A stretch of DNA of 63,908 nt, filler included, from Octopus bimaculoides (Eukaryota): NCBI RefSeq assembly GCF_001194135.2. It is 6 parts of 6 records of this genome, joined end to end, with 100 filler letters (N's around TTAATTAATTAA, not from the genome) between each part and the next. Parts side by side here need not be neighbours in the genome. Positions count along the whole stretch, not along the records: positions 1 to 9,000 come from NC_068986.1; positions 9,101 to 20,947 come from NC_068999.1; 4 more parts are not named here. The stretch is one strand, 5' to 3'. The notes under the pieces are model-generated. The model had not been told where the DNA came from. It did not search any database and was given only the letters and a program-made list of their open reading frames with translations. Every line of letters begins with the position of its first letter. Positions within the stretch are counted from its first letter, which is position 1. Positions 1 through 10,344 of this stretch are shown here, piece after piece. Position numbers and translations under genes: made by a program.

Positions 1-47
<47 letters not shown>
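1..47. repeat. (AT)n microsatellite
   Basis: Pure AT dinucleotide run from the window start. Confidence 0.97.
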
Positions 48-50
<3 letters not shown>

Positions 51-243
51 GTGTGTAGGGGAAGGTCTCTGTGTATGAATGATGTAGTGATTACATTTGC
101 TTTTATTGTGGGTGCGCGCGTGCATATGTGTGTGTACGTGCATGTACGTGTGTGTGTGTATGTGTATGATGGACATCAGCCATTCAGTTCTTCTGATTCT
201 TATTGGCTTATATCTCCGCCTACCTGTTTAATCTTTTCCCCCA

Positions 244-246
<3 letters not shown>

Positions 247-282
<36 letters not shown>

Positions 283-357
283 CTCCTCCCTCTCTCTCTC
301 TTTCTCTCCCTCTCTCTCTTCCCTCTTTATCTTCTTTCCTGCCTTTTCCCTCTCTCT
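247..357. repeat. (CT)n / polypyrimidine tract
   Basis: CT dinucleotide run decaying into CT-rich sequence. Confidence 0.9.
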
Positions 358-583
358 CACACACACATTGTTCTCTCTGTCTTTATATTTCTCCATCTTT
401 ATGTCCAAGGTGAGTGTGACGATATGTAAGGCGGTGAAAACGTCAGTAGCAGCAGCGGCCTCAGTAGCAGTAGTAGTAGTAGTAGTGACAGTCACTGTTG
501 TCTCGATATAAACTTGTCCCCAGAAGTAAGGTCCCATATGCAGCTGCAGTTTTCAGGTTTTCTTCCTCTCCAACTGACATCGG

Positions 584-697
584 CAGTACGATGCCAGTAG
601 TAAGACAGCAGTAAGATCAGCAGTAGAATGTCAGTAGAACGACAGTAGGATGGCAGTAGGACGGCAGTCGGACGCAGTAGGACGGCAGTGGAATGGC
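584..697. repeat. Degenerate ~11-bp minisatellite (CAGTAGGACGG-like)
   Basis: About 9 imperfect units: cagtagaatgt, cagtagaacga, cagtaggatgg, cagtaggacgg, cagtcggacg, cagtaggacgg, cagtggaatgg. Confidence 0.75.
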
Positions 698-1055
698 GGG
701 ATATATCTAGCTACTGCAGGCTAATGTTTGCAACCAACTGCACTTGTCAGTTTTAGCTTTGTGTGACAGACAACACCACCCCCACCCTCACCATCTCAAA
801 TTACACTATAGCAACCACAAGCATCATCAATAACACCATTTTCCTCTGCCCTAATCCATTTTCTAGATGCAGGAACCCCTATTTCTTCATAAATAAACTA
901 ACCTTGTGCGATAATGAAGGATGATGGCGTATTTTTATTACTTATTAATATCTCTGTTGCGGAAGTTCTATGGTAGTAGGGTATCTGAGCAGATATTGCG
1001 TTTAGAAAACATCGGAGCTACATACACACTAGGATGTAGTTTGTCCTGGATATCT

Positions 1056-1359
1056 GTTTCGACGACAAGTGTTCCAGTCGATCCGATCAACGGAGCAGCC
1101 GGCTCGTGAAATTAACGTGCAAGTGGCTGAGCACTCCACAGACACGTGTACCTTTAACGTAGTTTTCTCAAGGAGATTCTGTGTGACACAGAACGTGACA
1201 AGGCTGGTGTTTTGAATTACAGATACAACTCAAATTTTGTCAGCTGAGTGAACTGGAGCAAAGTATCTTGCTCTAGGACACAACGCGCCGCCGGGAATCG
1301 AACTCACGACGTTACGATCATGAACCGAACACTCTAATCACAATGTCACGCGCCTTCAC
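1056..1359 (-). mobile_element. tRNA-derived SINE (family C), near full length
   Basis: Reverse complement starts gtgaaggcgcgtgacattgtgattagagtg (A-box-like) and has gagttcgattccc (B box), then ttgtgtcctagagcaag...gctccagttcactcagctg. Homologous along its length to 1567-1906. Confidence 0.85.
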
Positions 1360-1566
1360 GGCATCATGGACAGGGCTATGCACTGGATCTATAGTATTAT
1401 TTACCGACTGCAAGGTACAGAATATATAGATTAACTTTCAGCCTTTAGATCCATGCCTTTCCTCAAATGTTTAGAATAAGCACGGCCAACCCTACCCCCC
1501 TTTTTTTTTCTAGTAGGGCAACTAAAAAAATCCAAGGTAATCTTTTGTTAAGTATGCCATTCAGAA

Positions 1567-1906
1567 GGCGTATGACTGTAAAGGCGTGTGACTCAGTGGT
1601 TAAGGTATTCAACTCATGAACGTAAAGACGTGCGTTCGATTCTCGATGGTGCGTTGTGTCCTTCAGCAAGGCACTTTATTTCACGTTGCGCCCGTTCAAT
1701 CAGTTGGCAATAAAAATCGGTTGTACATGTATTTCAAAGGGCCAGCCTTGTCATATTCTGTGTCATGCTGAATCTCCCTGAAGACTACATTATGGGTACG
1801 CGTGATAATGGAGTGCTCAGCCACTTTTGTACATTAATTTCAAGAGCAGGCTGTTCTGTTGATCGGATCAACTGGAACCTTCATTATCGTAAATGACGGA
1901 GTGCCA
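1567..1906 (+). mobile_element. tRNA-derived SINE (family C) with TSD-like flanks
   Basis: A-box-like tgactcagtggttaagg, B box gcgttcgattctc, then tgtgtccttcagcaaggcact. Flanked by gttaagtatgccattcagaa (1547-1566) and gttaagttaataccattcagaa (1907-1928). Confidence 0.85.
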
Positions 1907-2187
1907 GTTAAGTTAATACCATTCAGAAAGTTCCACGGGCCGTAGTTTGTCCATGACTGGTCAAGAGTGCTCATGCCATAAAATAGCACAACTGTCGTAC
2001 TACCTTATGGCCTCTACAGAGAGAGAGAGACCCTCACCCATCAGCTGGTACAAGTAGTGAGAACGGTTTTTCTTTCAGAATCTCGTTTTCTGTTATTGTT
2101 TCCCCTCTATGCCATGAAGCAGAATAGAGAAGTAAAATTGAAAGATCCTAAGAGACAAGGAAGGATCCTAAGAGAAAATGAAGGTCT

Positions 2188-2236
2188 GTATAGGCCAGTA
2201 TAGGCTAGTATAGGCTAGTATAGGCTAGTACAGGCC
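2188..2236. repeat. 10-bp tandem repeat (GTATAGGCTA)x~5
   Basis: gtataggcca gtataggcta gtataggcta gtataggcta gtacaggcc. Confidence 0.9.
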
Positions 2237-2368
2237 GAAGGTAGCTCAGCTGATGTATTCGGAATTGATCTGCCATACATGACAGAGTTGGTTCGTTCTC
2301 ATTATTTACTTGAACTGACTGGATTTATCTTTTATCGTCTATCTTTATCTTTTATCTTTTACTTGCTT

Positions 2369-2369
<1 letters not shown>

Positions 2370-2431
<62 letters not shown>
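2370..2431. repeat. (CTA)n microsatellite, possibly the (TAG)n tail of a short minus-strand LINE 3' end at 2432-2480
   Basis: Pure CTA run. The adjacent sequence reads ccttagtctcctcgtatgttgctgtcgcgttcttg-(tag)n on the minus strand. Confidence 0.85.
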
Positions 2432-2492
2432 AAGAACGCGACAGCAACATACGAGGAGACTAAGGCTCTTGGATGCCTTGTGATTTTCTATA

Positions 2493-2851
2493 AGGAAGTT
2501 TTTTTTTTAAATACCACCAATACTTGAATATGAGATAAGAAAAGAAAGACAAGATCCAAGGTTTTCAATCGTTCTAATGTATGGATGGTGTAAGTGGATT
2601 TGGTTTCAAACTTTGGGTTTCTTGGCATACTGCTCTACAGAAGCAACACCCCGATTTTGTGGCAATGTCTAGTTTGGCCTAGTTGTCGAGTCCACTGCAT
2701 TATGAGAAATCAGTATGGAGCACACGAAAAGACACAGAAAGAAATGTCTAGAGCAGGCCTGGCTAACTCGAATTATATTGCGGGCCACTTTAATCACAGA
2801 AAGTTTTTGAGAGCCGCTTGTATACTGACAGAATTGAAAGCAGTTTGCTTT
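2493..2851 (+). repeat. Arm 1 of a ~360-bp inverted duplication (partner 4891-5247)
   Basis: Reverse complement of 4891-5247 aligns end to end. ORF-track peptides at 2594 (+) and 4873 (-) are near-identical (MDLVSNF.FLGILL.RS...AGLANSNYI.GHFNHRKFLRAACILTELKA). Confidence 0.93.
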
Positions 2852-3105
2852 CTCATGCTATTATTACAATAATGAATGAACGATCGTTGATTCAACATGA
2901 AATATTATCGTTGCAAAAACAGTAGTATCTTTCTTTTTTACTTTTCATTACAAACTTTAATTTTTGATAAAATTTTAAAAATGTTTGTTTAAATAAACCC
3001 ATTTCAAGAAAGTATCCAGCGGGCCGCAAGATAAAAGTCTGCAGATCGCAAGATAAAAGTCTGCTGACCGCATGCGGCCCGCGGGCCTCAGGTTGGCCTG
3101 CCCTG
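2754..3105. mobile_element. Non-autonomous hAT (Buster/Charlie-type) MITE
   Basis: Imperfect TIRs caggcctggctaac / gttggcctgccctg (11/14 match). Subterminal gcatgcggcccgcgggcc. Perfect 8-bp TSD GTCTAGAG at 2746-2753 and 3106-3113 with central TA. Confidence 0.9.
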
Positions 3106-4010
3106 GTCTAGAGTATAAGAGATTTAGAGAGTTGTATGAGGCAAAAGAGTAATAATATACAGTGCTTCTTGCATTTCGTGGTTTTGTAGCTAGATATACA
3201 ATGTCCTTGGTTGTCACTGAATTTAAGAACAGCAGAGGAGTGATTAAAATGATGTAGATGGAAGCAAAATAAACCTTCATCATAGAAACGACAGAGACAT
3301 GTTAGAGAAAGATGGATATTTAGTGCTGCGAACATATCCTCAGCAGGAAGTAAAACGCAACAGTCACTGCTTGGTTACGTTATTTACAGTTGCCTCTTCT
3401 TTAGTCTGATGACAGCATCGATTGCTGGAAGAAAAATAAAGCGTGCTTACAATGTGGGTCAATTCTCTGGTAGCATCAATTTTGTTCGGCGTCGTTGTCA
3501 GAAGAAATAGCGTTAGAAGATATCCAAATCTTTATGATCTCCACTTGACAGCTCTGATCAAAGGAATGTGCTGACATGGAAACTGCATCCTTTGCTGAGC
3601 GTCTGATAATACAGTACTTGTACCACGTCCTCGCGTTATTGGTTTTTCTTGTTTGTTCTTCTTTGTTTGGATTCACTATACATACATACATACATACATA
3701 CATACATACATACAAACATACATATATACATACATACATATATNNNNNNNNNNNNNNNNNNNNNNNNNNNNNNNNNNNNNNNNNNNNNNNNNNNNNNNNN
3801 NNNNNNNNNNNNNNNNNNNNNNNNNNNNNNNNNNNNNNNNNNNNNNNNNNNNNNNNNNNNNNNNNNNNNNNNNNNNNNNNNNNNNNNNNNNNNNNNNNNN
3901 NNNNNNNNNNNNNNNNNNNNNNNNNNNNNNNNNNNNNNNATATATATATATATATATATATAAATTGTAAATCCAAAAGAAAAAAATAACAACAAAACTA
4001 CAAAGGATTC

Positions 4011-4106
4011 CGCGGTACACGTGTTTCAAGCTCTACATGTGTATAATATAATATAACATAACATAATATGTGTATAATCTACAATGTAAAGCTATCTTCA
4101 GCCGCA
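4011..4106 (-). ncRNA. Type I hammerhead ribozyme-like motif, large loop-2 family, copy 1
   Basis: Minus strand: UGCGG-CUGAAGA-U-AGCUUUACAU-(45 nt)-AUGUAGAGCU-U-GAAACACGUGU-A-CCGCG. Stem I 5 bp, stem II 10 bp, palindromic stem III ACACGUGU, GUA cleavage triplet. Confidence 0.65.
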
Positions 4107-4890
4107 AAAATTATCTCTCTCCCAGGAAATTATACCATCTCGACGTTGAAGTAAGAAGAAATGTGTGATGTAAGAGGTGAAGATCCTTTCGGTATTTTGT
4201 ATTTTGTATAGTACTATATCTGGTATAATTCTCCACCCGGACATAATCTATATATATATATATATATGAGATAAAAGATCGTGTATTGAAACTATCATAA
4301 AACTATTACCGTGAAAGACTCACTAAAGTCATTTCAAAACGTACATGATATGGGCGTTTTGTATGTTTCATTATAGTAGTGTATATTATGAATTAGTGTC
4401 GAACGGTTTCGTCACACATCTGTGACCTGGTCAATGAGATACAGTCGAATTGTACCAGTGATAAGACCGCAGAAGTGTGATTTATACTTTTTGACAATTT
4501 ATACATACATACATACATACATACATACATACATACATGTGTGTACGTGTGTGTGTGTGCATGTTTGTGTGTGTGTGCATTTATGTGTATTGTTGAATGA
4601 GTGTGCATGTGTATGTGTGCATACTTGTGTGTGTGTGAGAGAGTTTGTGTGTATACTAAAGGGGAACATTAGAAAGAAAGTTAAATAAGAAAAATAATTC
4701 AATGTTTGGTTGATATTGGTTAAATTTATTGAATAGTTACCAGCAATTATGCGACACACTCCAGAACTGTAAGGTCGTTTACATTAACGACCATATCTAG
4801 GACATCTCCCTTACCTGTGAACGTCTCAGCTTGTTCATCGCTTTTAGCAACTCCATTCATTTTAATCTAATTTCATCCCCGCCACAGGCT

Positions 4891-5247
4891 AAAGCAAAAT
4901 GCTTTCAATTCTGTCAGTATACAAGCGGCTCTCAAAAACTTTCTGTGATTAAAGTGACCCACAATATAATTCGAGTTGGCCAGGCCTGCTCTTGACACTT
5001 CTTTCTCTGCCTTTTCATGTGTTCCATACTGATTTCCCATAATGCAGTGAACTCGACAACTAGGCCAAACTAGACATCGCCACAAAATCGAGGCGTCGCT
5101 TCTGTCGAGCAGTATGCCAAGAAACCAAAAGTTCGAAACCAAATCCACTTACAACATCCATACATTAGAACGATTGAAAGCCTTGGATCTTGTTTTTCTT
5201 TTCTTACCTCATATTCAAGTATTGGTGGTATTTTAAAAAATTTTCCT
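4891..5247 (-). repeat. Arm 2 of the ~360-bp inverted duplication
   Basis: Reverse complement of 2493-2851. Includes the hAT left TIR (4975-4988) and a diverged target site gtcaagag. Confidence 0.93.
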
Positions 5248-5683
5248 CCACAGACTCTGCCTCAGTTCGGCTCATCCCGTTCGTACCAAATCGCTTATTC
5301 CCTTCCTGCTTTGCTGATGCTAACCGCGTATTCGACCTCATGATCTACCCGATCATCAAACACTTCCCTTTTCCCTCCCTCCATACTGTCACTTTACCTC
5401 TTCAATGATCCATCCTTCAGTCTGATCCTGTCACTTTTCACACCTTTCCTGAATACTGTTTAATTTCTTTTCGATGCAAACGCAGTCTACATAAACTTCT
5501 GGTCTACAGAGTTTTTCTCCCTCGCCACACCTAACCAAAAATTCTTCGCTTGCTTTTGTTCCCACCGCAACATGTATTCTTTCATCCAGAATATCGCCTC
5601 CCTATACGATCCTGAATTTTTCGTTTCGTTATTATCAACAAGAACATTATTTACAACATCAAATGCCATTTTAGTTACTTGCT

Positions 5684-5702
5684 GTCGTCGTCGTCGTCGT
5701 TG

Positions 5703-5758
<56 letters not shown>

Positions 5759-5809
5759 GTATCATCATCATCGTATCATCATCATCGAATCATCATCATC
5801 GGATCATCG

Positions 5810-5856
<47 letters not shown>
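5684..5856. repeat. (GTC)n/(CAT)n microsatellite, tail of the adjacent minus-strand retroposon
   Basis: Trinucleotide run abutting the repeat at 5857. Confidence 0.93.
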
Positions 5857-5858
<2 letters not shown>

Positions 5859-6092
5859 ACTATGTTGAATGGTATGGGTTGGACGGTTTGATAGTTTGAC
5901 ATGAGCTGGCCAGCCGGAGAGCTATCCAGGTTCCAACTGACTGTTTTGGCTGGATGCCTTTCCTAACGCCAACTACTTTACACAATGTACAGGGTGCTTT
6001 TACGTGGAATCGGCACGGGCGCTTTATACGGGACACCGACAAAGGTGCCTTTTACGTAGCACAGGCACGGGTGCTTTTTACGTGGCACCAGG
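5857..6092 (-). mobile_element. Non-autonomous retroposon with RTE-like 3' end and (GAT)n tail
   Basis: atgggttggacggtttga...gctggatgcctttcctaacgccaac is shared with the copy at 10345-10560, and both abut (CAT)n. Internal ~21-bp repeats ggtgctttt-acgtggcacc. Confidence 0.65.
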
Positions 6093-7319
6093 ATGTGTAT
6101 TAGGAAAAAAAACAAAACAAATCGAAGTTTGGCAGACCATTTTATAGAGTAGCTTTTAAACGTCTGACGTAATAATATCAAATCATTCCAATGATATTTG
6201 TTACTTCGATTCTCCTGGCTATCATCTTTCATTTCTCCTGCTATCATCTTTCCATCTACGATGAAGCTTTACATAACAAACCACCTGCCTCCTGCTAACT
6301 CCGTGGACAACTGCTAATATTCAGTCTGCATACAACTCACTCAACTGGAATTAATGAGTGAATCTTTTACTTTAGTAATACTGCCTCTCCCTCTAACTAC
6401 TATACACTGAAAAATGCTCTTTTATATATTCCACACACCTCTGTTTTCGTAAACACATATATACACATTATCCATCTAACACATTTTTATCTTATTCACA
6501 CCACATATACAGCATAGCACACATATCAACACATCCACATATACACGTATACACACTTACCCACACATATACAGAACCTTCTTATACACTTTCTTTCTTG
6601 GTGCTGTAAGATATACGTAAGCACACCCTGCCGCACATTATCTTACTTGGGTAAAAGGAACAAAGTCTATTTAGATTGAAAGACACCCTTATGCTCTACC
6701 ATCTTTGGTCATTCATTTCCTTTTCCTCTGTGTTCTTTCGCTGTATTCTTGTCTTCTCTGATTGAGTTAGATGGAGAGCTGCTATCCGAAACGTTGAAAC
6801 CTCTTTTGTTTTTCTTTAATGCAAAACATTGTACTATTGCTGTTGTTATTTGTTCCTGAAACATTCAAGCGCTCTCACGTGCCTACCTACTGTCACCTCC
6901 ATTATAGCCATGCAAATTTACACTACACTATCGCTGTTTCTTATTTTAATAAAACTGCCTTGATACTAAAAAAAATGTGAATTTAGTACCTTTAGTAACA
7001 ACCCGTTTCTGAAATACATGTATATCAATCAAAATATACATTCATCATCTCTATTTTAATAGGCCCTTTTCCATGATTGCATGGATCAGAGTTCGCTGAG
7101 ACAAGGTTTTTCTATACATGTTTTTCCTCTCGCCATCTCACATGTTTCCGCGCAAGACAATACTTCCACAGAGCCGGATATGTTTTTATGTAAGACTGGA
7201 AACGAAGTGACGGTGACAACCTCACTCCCACCCCTACCCAATCGCACGCACATATTTACAAACATACATACATACATAGATACATACATACATACTTTTG
7301 TTATCTCCCCTTTTTCGTA

Positions 7320-7545
7320 GCTCTCCTGTGCGAACTTTCTGTCCGACAGTCGCCATGACAGATCGCTGACCAAAACATAGAATTTTTTTCTCTCCGTGTT
7401 TTTCTCCTTGTTTTCTCCGTATTCTTTCTGTTGAAGAGCGTAGCTCGAAACGTTAAAGACTTTCTCTATTCCCGAGCGTTAAACTAATACATCCTTTTGT
7501 TGTTTACACCACCTGTCCTCGTCTGTTGTTGTTTTTTTCGTAAAT
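7320..7545 (+). mobile_element. Penelope-like element 3' end
   Basis: cagtcgccatga...ctgttgaagagcgtagctcgaaacgttaaagactttct...ttgttgtttac...cctgt is homologous to 21335-21520, which carries a PLE endonuclease-like C-terminus upstream. Confidence 0.6.
7423..7459 (+). ncRNA. Minimal type I hammerhead-like motif with variant core
   Basis: UCUUU-CUGUUGA-A-GAGC gua GCUC-GAAACGU-U-AAAGA. Stem I 5 bp, stem II 4 bp, palindromic ACGU stem III. A6 is replaced by U. Confidence 0.5.
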
Positions 7546-7549
7546 ACTC

Positions 7550-7612
<63 letters not shown>

Positions 7613-7769
7613 ACCAGTTTCCTTCAGTTTCTATCTGTGAAATACACTTACACTTATAAGGCTTACTCAGTCCGATGCTAAAGCAAATCACGCCTGTCTA
7701 ACGTATTTCGCGGTGGGATCTTAACCACATGGTCAAACCTGTACCTGTATGTGTTCATACATACATACA

Positions 7770-7801
<32 letters not shown>

Positions 7802-7811
7802 CACAGACGCA

Positions 7812-8050
7812 TGACTCAAAGCTTAGAACGTTGGGCTTACAATCGTAAGGTAGTGAGTTCGATTCTCGGGCTGTGTTTTGTGTTCTTGAACAGGGCACAT
7901 TGTTTCGAGTTACTCCGGTTCACTCAGCTGTAGAAATGAATTGCGACGTCACTGGCGCCGAGCTCTATCAACTTTTCCTTTGGACAACATCGCTAGAATT
8001 GAAAGGCGAGGCTGGGATGCATGGGCGACTGTTGGTCATTCACAAACAGC
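7812..8050 (+). mobile_element. tRNA-derived SINE (family C-like head, different tail)
   Basis: B box gagttcgattctc, then tgtgttcttgaacagggcac...ctccggttcactcagctg as in the 1.1 kb and 1.6 kb copies. Confidence 0.7.
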
Positions 8051-8274
8051 CTTTTGTTCTTGAGCGTTTTGTTCTTGAGCAAAACAGTTCATTTCATATT
8101 GCTCTGCGATCATTTCTTCATGCGACATGTGGCACGTCGTGCACTTGTGCAGATAATGTCGTGAGCTTATATGAACACAAACATTTGATCGCTATAAACA
8201 AACCACTTCTGTGGTTGTTCAGCAAGAAATTGCAGAAGCCTCATACGACGTCTAACGACGGGAGCGTCCATGTT

Positions 8275-8314
<40 letters not shown>

Positions 8315-8331
8315 ACACACACACAGACACA

Positions 8332-8370
<39 letters not shown>

Positions 8371-8854
8371 GATATATGTTATAATGTGTCTGTGTGTGCG
8401 TCTGCGTGCGTGTGTATATATATTTATGTGTGTGTATATATATTTATGTGTGTGTATACGTGTATATATGTGTGAGTATGTGTGTGTGTGTTTCTGTGTG
8501 TGTGTGTGTATGTGTGTGTGTGTGTGTGTGTGCATGTGTGCGTGTGTGACTGTGCGTGACGTAACCTGGATTACAAACCCATGCCAAAAGGTTTCGGACA
8601 CTCAGCTCTGATCGAATGTAATCAATCGGTTGAAAGAGATAACAAACTCAATACGCATCCGAAGCACCAGCATATTGATTATTTATATATTTTCTAAGAT
8701 AAAGTAAACAAACGGGCATAAAACACACTCATACACCTGCACTTATACACATATTACATATTACATAGGAAGGTGATTATAGGTTCTCTCAGGTGTGAAT
8801 TGTCATTAATGAAAATGTACTCAACACAAAATCTATCTATCTATCGATCTATCT

Positions 8855-8966
8855 GCTTCCCAACCACATGGTTCCGTGTTCAGTCCCACAGTGTGGCACC
8901 TTGGGCGCAAGTGTCTTCTACAGCCTCGGGCCGACCAAAGCCTTATGAGTGGATTTGGCAGACGGA

Positions 8967-8969
<3 letters not shown>
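8855..8969 (+). mobile_element. tRNA-derived SINE (family A, CORE-like segment), 5' half
   Basis: ccaaccacatggttccgtgttcagtccca...ggcaccttggg..caagtgtcttct...gccgaccaaagcct..gagtggatttgg.agacggaaac, ending in (TA)n and a gap. Confidence 0.9.
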
Positions 8970-9000
<31 letters not shown>

Positions 9001-9044
9001 NNNNNNNNNNNNNNNNNNNNNNNNNNNNNNNNNNNNNNNNNNNN

Positions 9045-9056
9045 TTAATTAATTAA
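9045..9056. other. Assembly linker TTAATTAATTAA in a 100-bp N spacer
   Basis: 44 N + TTAATTAATTAA + 44 N. Gives stop codons in all six frames. Confidence 0.95.
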
Positions 9057-9100
9057 NNNNNNNNNNNNNNNNNNNNNNNNNNNNNNNNNNNNNNNNNNNN

Positions 9101-9144
<44 letters not shown>

Positions 9145-9184
9145 CATGTATATATGTATATATAACATGCATATGTGTGAGCTT

Positions 9185-9795
9185 GTGCTTGTAAGAAACC
9201 ATTCACCATTGGATTCCGAGGAACTATACGTTCGGATTGAGAGCTTCTTAATTCGTCATCTGGTGATCGATGGTGTTCGATCATTCTCAGCGGGAGCCAT
9301 TAGTGCAGTTAGACAAGGCATTGTTTTGGATCCACTCCTCTTTATTAGTTTCGTTAATGTCAGCATTTCTATCAAACACAACAACAAAAAGTTTCGTGAA
9401 CCAGTCAAGGCTTTTGAATTTGGTACGCAGTGTAGGAGACCGGGCAATCTCCATTCGGGTCCGTTCGCTATTTTCAAATGGTTTGGTAAACACAGCATGA
9501 AACTAAACGCAAGTAAATTTGAATTAATCCACTTCTCTCTAGAGACTGCACGGTAGCTACCATACACTTTCCTCTCGGGCAAAACCTGTGTGGCATCAGA
9601 CATCGCTAGAAATCTCACAGTAGCTGTCGACAAGAATATATGCCGGAGTGTCCACTTAAAGAGCTAAGTTGGCATGCTCTGCAGAGGGGGAGGACCGGGA
9701 TATTCAGGAGTTTCTGTTCTAGAGATGCTTCTTCTATTGTTCTTCGCCCGTCCTCGCCTTGAATACTGCTATATAGTATGGTCTCACTGTAACAT
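9185..9795 (+). mobile_element. Degenerate CR1/Jockey-group LINE reverse transcriptase fragment
   Basis: RIESFLIRHLVIDGVRSFSAGAISAVRQGIVLDPLLFISFVN (cf. SGVPQGSVLGPLLF), WFGKHSMKLNASKFELIHF, and FFARPRLEYCYIVWS (cf. RPHLEYC..VWSP). Stops and deletions present. Confidence 0.8.
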
Positions 9796-10344
9796 ACAAA
9801 CTACAACTATGATTTCATTAATCAACAATTGATATTTGCAACTAGCGAATCTTTTTGAAGTATCCCTTCTGTTCGACTAGATACCTCATTTTCTTTTCAG
9901 TTATTCATTTGCCATCTGTGATATTAATGCAGTACTATTTCGTAAACCATAGGAAAAAATGTGAATCACTCCACTCTTCTAATTTTAGATCTTGTTCTTT
10001 CATCCCTTCAGAAGTTTATCTTAGACTTGTGAGGAACATCCAGTTCTTCCGATATGTTGTTAAAAATGTTTGATTGCACTTTACAATTACTTCTTAAAAT
10101 ATTTCAGACAGGAAATAAAAATTCACCATTGACTGAACACAATGGAAATGCATGTGTGTATGTGAGTGTGTGTGTGTGTATTTGCGTATGTGTGTGTGTA
10201 CGTGTGTACATGCGCATCTACGTATATATGTATTGATATATGTGTATATATACATACATAAACACATACAGAGACACGCACGCGTGTGAATATATATACA
10301 TGTGTATATATACATATGTGTGTGTGTGTATACATGTATATATG

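Noticed and set aside
1578-1660. tRNA genes at SINE heads (also 11938, 48860, 51440)
   Set aside because: A/B boxes are present, but they continue into shared SINE bodies and do not close a cloverleaf.
2594-2872. Duplicated 92-aa ORF (also 4873-5148 on the minus strand) as a paralogous gene pair
   Set aside because: It spans a hAT TIR junction and has no recognisable domain. The similarity is explained by the DNA inverted duplication.
3406-3431. CUGAUGA-CAGCA ucgau UGCUG-GAAG near-hammerhead
   Set aside because: GAAG instead of GAAA, and no stem III or cleavage triplet could be built.
5255-5450. Possible PLE GIY-YIG relic (RLFPSCFADANR...IIKHF)
   Set aside because: Only spacing-level resemblance; catalytic motifs are not visible.
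6755-6805. Possible PLE-type ccgaaacgttgaaac terminus
   Set aside because: No CUGANGA core in register with a stem II; too decayed to call.
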